Below, one piece after another: positions 24,962 through 25,936 of a DNA stretch of 25,936 nucleotides. This stretch comes from a virus (taxonomy: Duplodnaviria > Heunggongvirae > Uroviricota > Caudoviricetes), in IMG/VR virus record IMGVR_UViG_2778261085_000012, positions 1 to 25,936 of that record. The stretch is one strand, 5' to 3'. The translations under genes and the position numbers were made by a program. Under the pieces are notes generated by a model that saw nothing but the letters and a program-made list of their open reading frames with translations, was not told the origin of the DNA and ran no database searches. Positions within the stretch are counted from its first letter, which is position 1; every line of letters starts with the position of its first letter.

Positions 24962-25936
24962 ATGAGCATAAAATCAATTCCGGGAGGGTATCTTCTTGAC
25001 ATGCGCCCTGAGGGGCGTAAAGGCAAACGCATTCGCAAAAAATTTAAAACGAAATCGGATGCAGTTTTATATGAGCGGTGGGTGCTGGCGCAACAGCATA
25101 ACAATGAGTGGAAAGGAAACTCCATTGATCGCCGTCCGCTGTCGGTGCTTATTGACTTGTGGTGGAAATACCACGGCCAGCTAATGAAGTCAGGGCATAA
25201 CACGCGCCTTAAATTGCTGCGCTTGAGTGAGGCAATGGATGACCCGTGCGTGCATAAACTTAATACAACGATGCTCACCGAGCTACGTGTGTCCAGGATA
25301 GAGCAGGGGATACAGCCCAGCACCATTAATCGAGAGATTGGGGCGTTAAGCGCGATGTTTACCGCACTCATCTCATCCGGCCATTTTCTTAACGATAACC
25401 CCGTTCAAGGCCTTAAAGGAATGAAGGTTAACGAGCGCGAAATGGGATATCTGAGTAAGTCTGAATGTGTTCAGTTGCTGGATGCACTGGCTGAAAATCC
25501 CGATGAACGGCTGGCTGTCGAAATCCTTCTGTCGACCGGGGCGCGATGGGGCGAGGTAGCGGCACTGGAGCAGCGCCGTGTTCTTCATTGTCGAATCACT
25601 TTTTCAAAAACGAAGAACAGCAAAAACCGTACCGTTCCTATTTCTGAAAGCCTGTTTGAAAAGATCAAAAAACGGGGCGGGAAACTGGTGTTTCCGACGC
25701 TGGATTATCCATTGGTTCGCGATGTCATCAAAACGGTCGCACCTGATGTTCCTGACGGCCAGGCTGTTCATGCGCTGCGCCACACCTTCGCCAGTCATTT
25801 CATGATGAACGGCGGCAATATTCTGACGCTCCAGAAAATTCTGGGGCACGCAAAGATTCAGACAACGATGATTTATGCCCATCTTGCGCCGGATTACTTG
25901 CAGGATGCGGTGAGATTTAATCCTATTGCTGGGTAA
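24962..25936 (+). CDS. int: tyrosine integrase
   Basis: Start taken at MSIKSIPGGYLLDMRPEG; C-terminal catalytic motifs HALRHTFASHFMMNGGNILTLQKILGHAKIQTTMIYAHL; stop codon is the last triplet of the window. Confidence 0.9.
   Translation: MSIKSIPGGYLLDMRPEGRKGKRIRKKFKTKSDAVLYERWVLAQQHNNEWKGNSIDRRPLSVLIDLWWKYHGQLMKSGHNTRLKLLRLSEAMDDPCVHKLNTTMLTELRVSRIEQGIQPSTINREIGALSAMFTALISSGHFLNDNPVQGLKGMKVNEREMGYLSKSECVQLLDALAENPDERLAVEILLSTGARWGEVAALEQRRVLHCRITFSKTKNSKNRTVPISESLFEKIKKRGGKLVFPTLDYPLVRDVIKTVAPDVPDGQAVHALRHTFASHFMMNGGNILTLQKILGHAKIQTTMIYAHLAPDYLQDAVRFNPIAG

Larger units (their letters stand above)
1..25936. mobile_element. P2-like prophage, partial (continues beyond both window ends)
   Basis: Complete P2-collinear gene order (int, C, cox-like, A, Q, P, O, N, M, L, X, lysis, R, S, V, W, J, I, H, G) with tightly packed, often overlapping stop/start codons; no host housekeeping genes in window. 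Confidence 0.9.

Noticed and set aside
24913-25936. Attachment site or tRNA adjacent to int
   Set aside because: The window ends at the integrase stop codon; no tRNA-like sequence or att core is visible inside the window.

Overview
The whole 25.9-kb window is occupied by a P2-like (Peduovirus-type) temperate prophage of an enterobacterial host; it runs off both ends of the window. Gene order is collinear with P2 when read on the minus strand from the right end: int and C-type repressor (plus strand, 24.6-25.9 kb), divergent early operon (cox-like gene, several small early genes, replication endonuclease A, 17.8-24.5 kb), a cargo locus in the P2 tin/old position (ParM/ParR-like actin partition pair, 16.4-17.7 kb), an AT-rich non-coding region that probably holds cos (15.3-16.4 kb), capsid/packaging genes Q-P / O-N-M-L, tail gene X, a lysis cassette (holin, M15 peptidase endolysin, overlapped spanins), tail completion and baseplate genes R-S-V-W-J-I, tail fibre H and fibre chaperone G. 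Three non-canonical insertions stand out: (1) a macro-domain protein inserted between H and G, translationally coupled to H and ending in the same HxH repeat motif as the fibre tip; (2) the ParMR-like module with paired hairpin repeats in the tin/old slot; (3) a 155-aa predicted membrane protein with its own strong promoter, encoded antisense inside the early operon. A very AT-rich glycosyltransferase-like gene sits at the left edge in the P2 Z/fun slot. All homology calls are from reading the translations against remembered family sequences; no database search was run. Coordinates of starts and small motifs may be off by a base or two.
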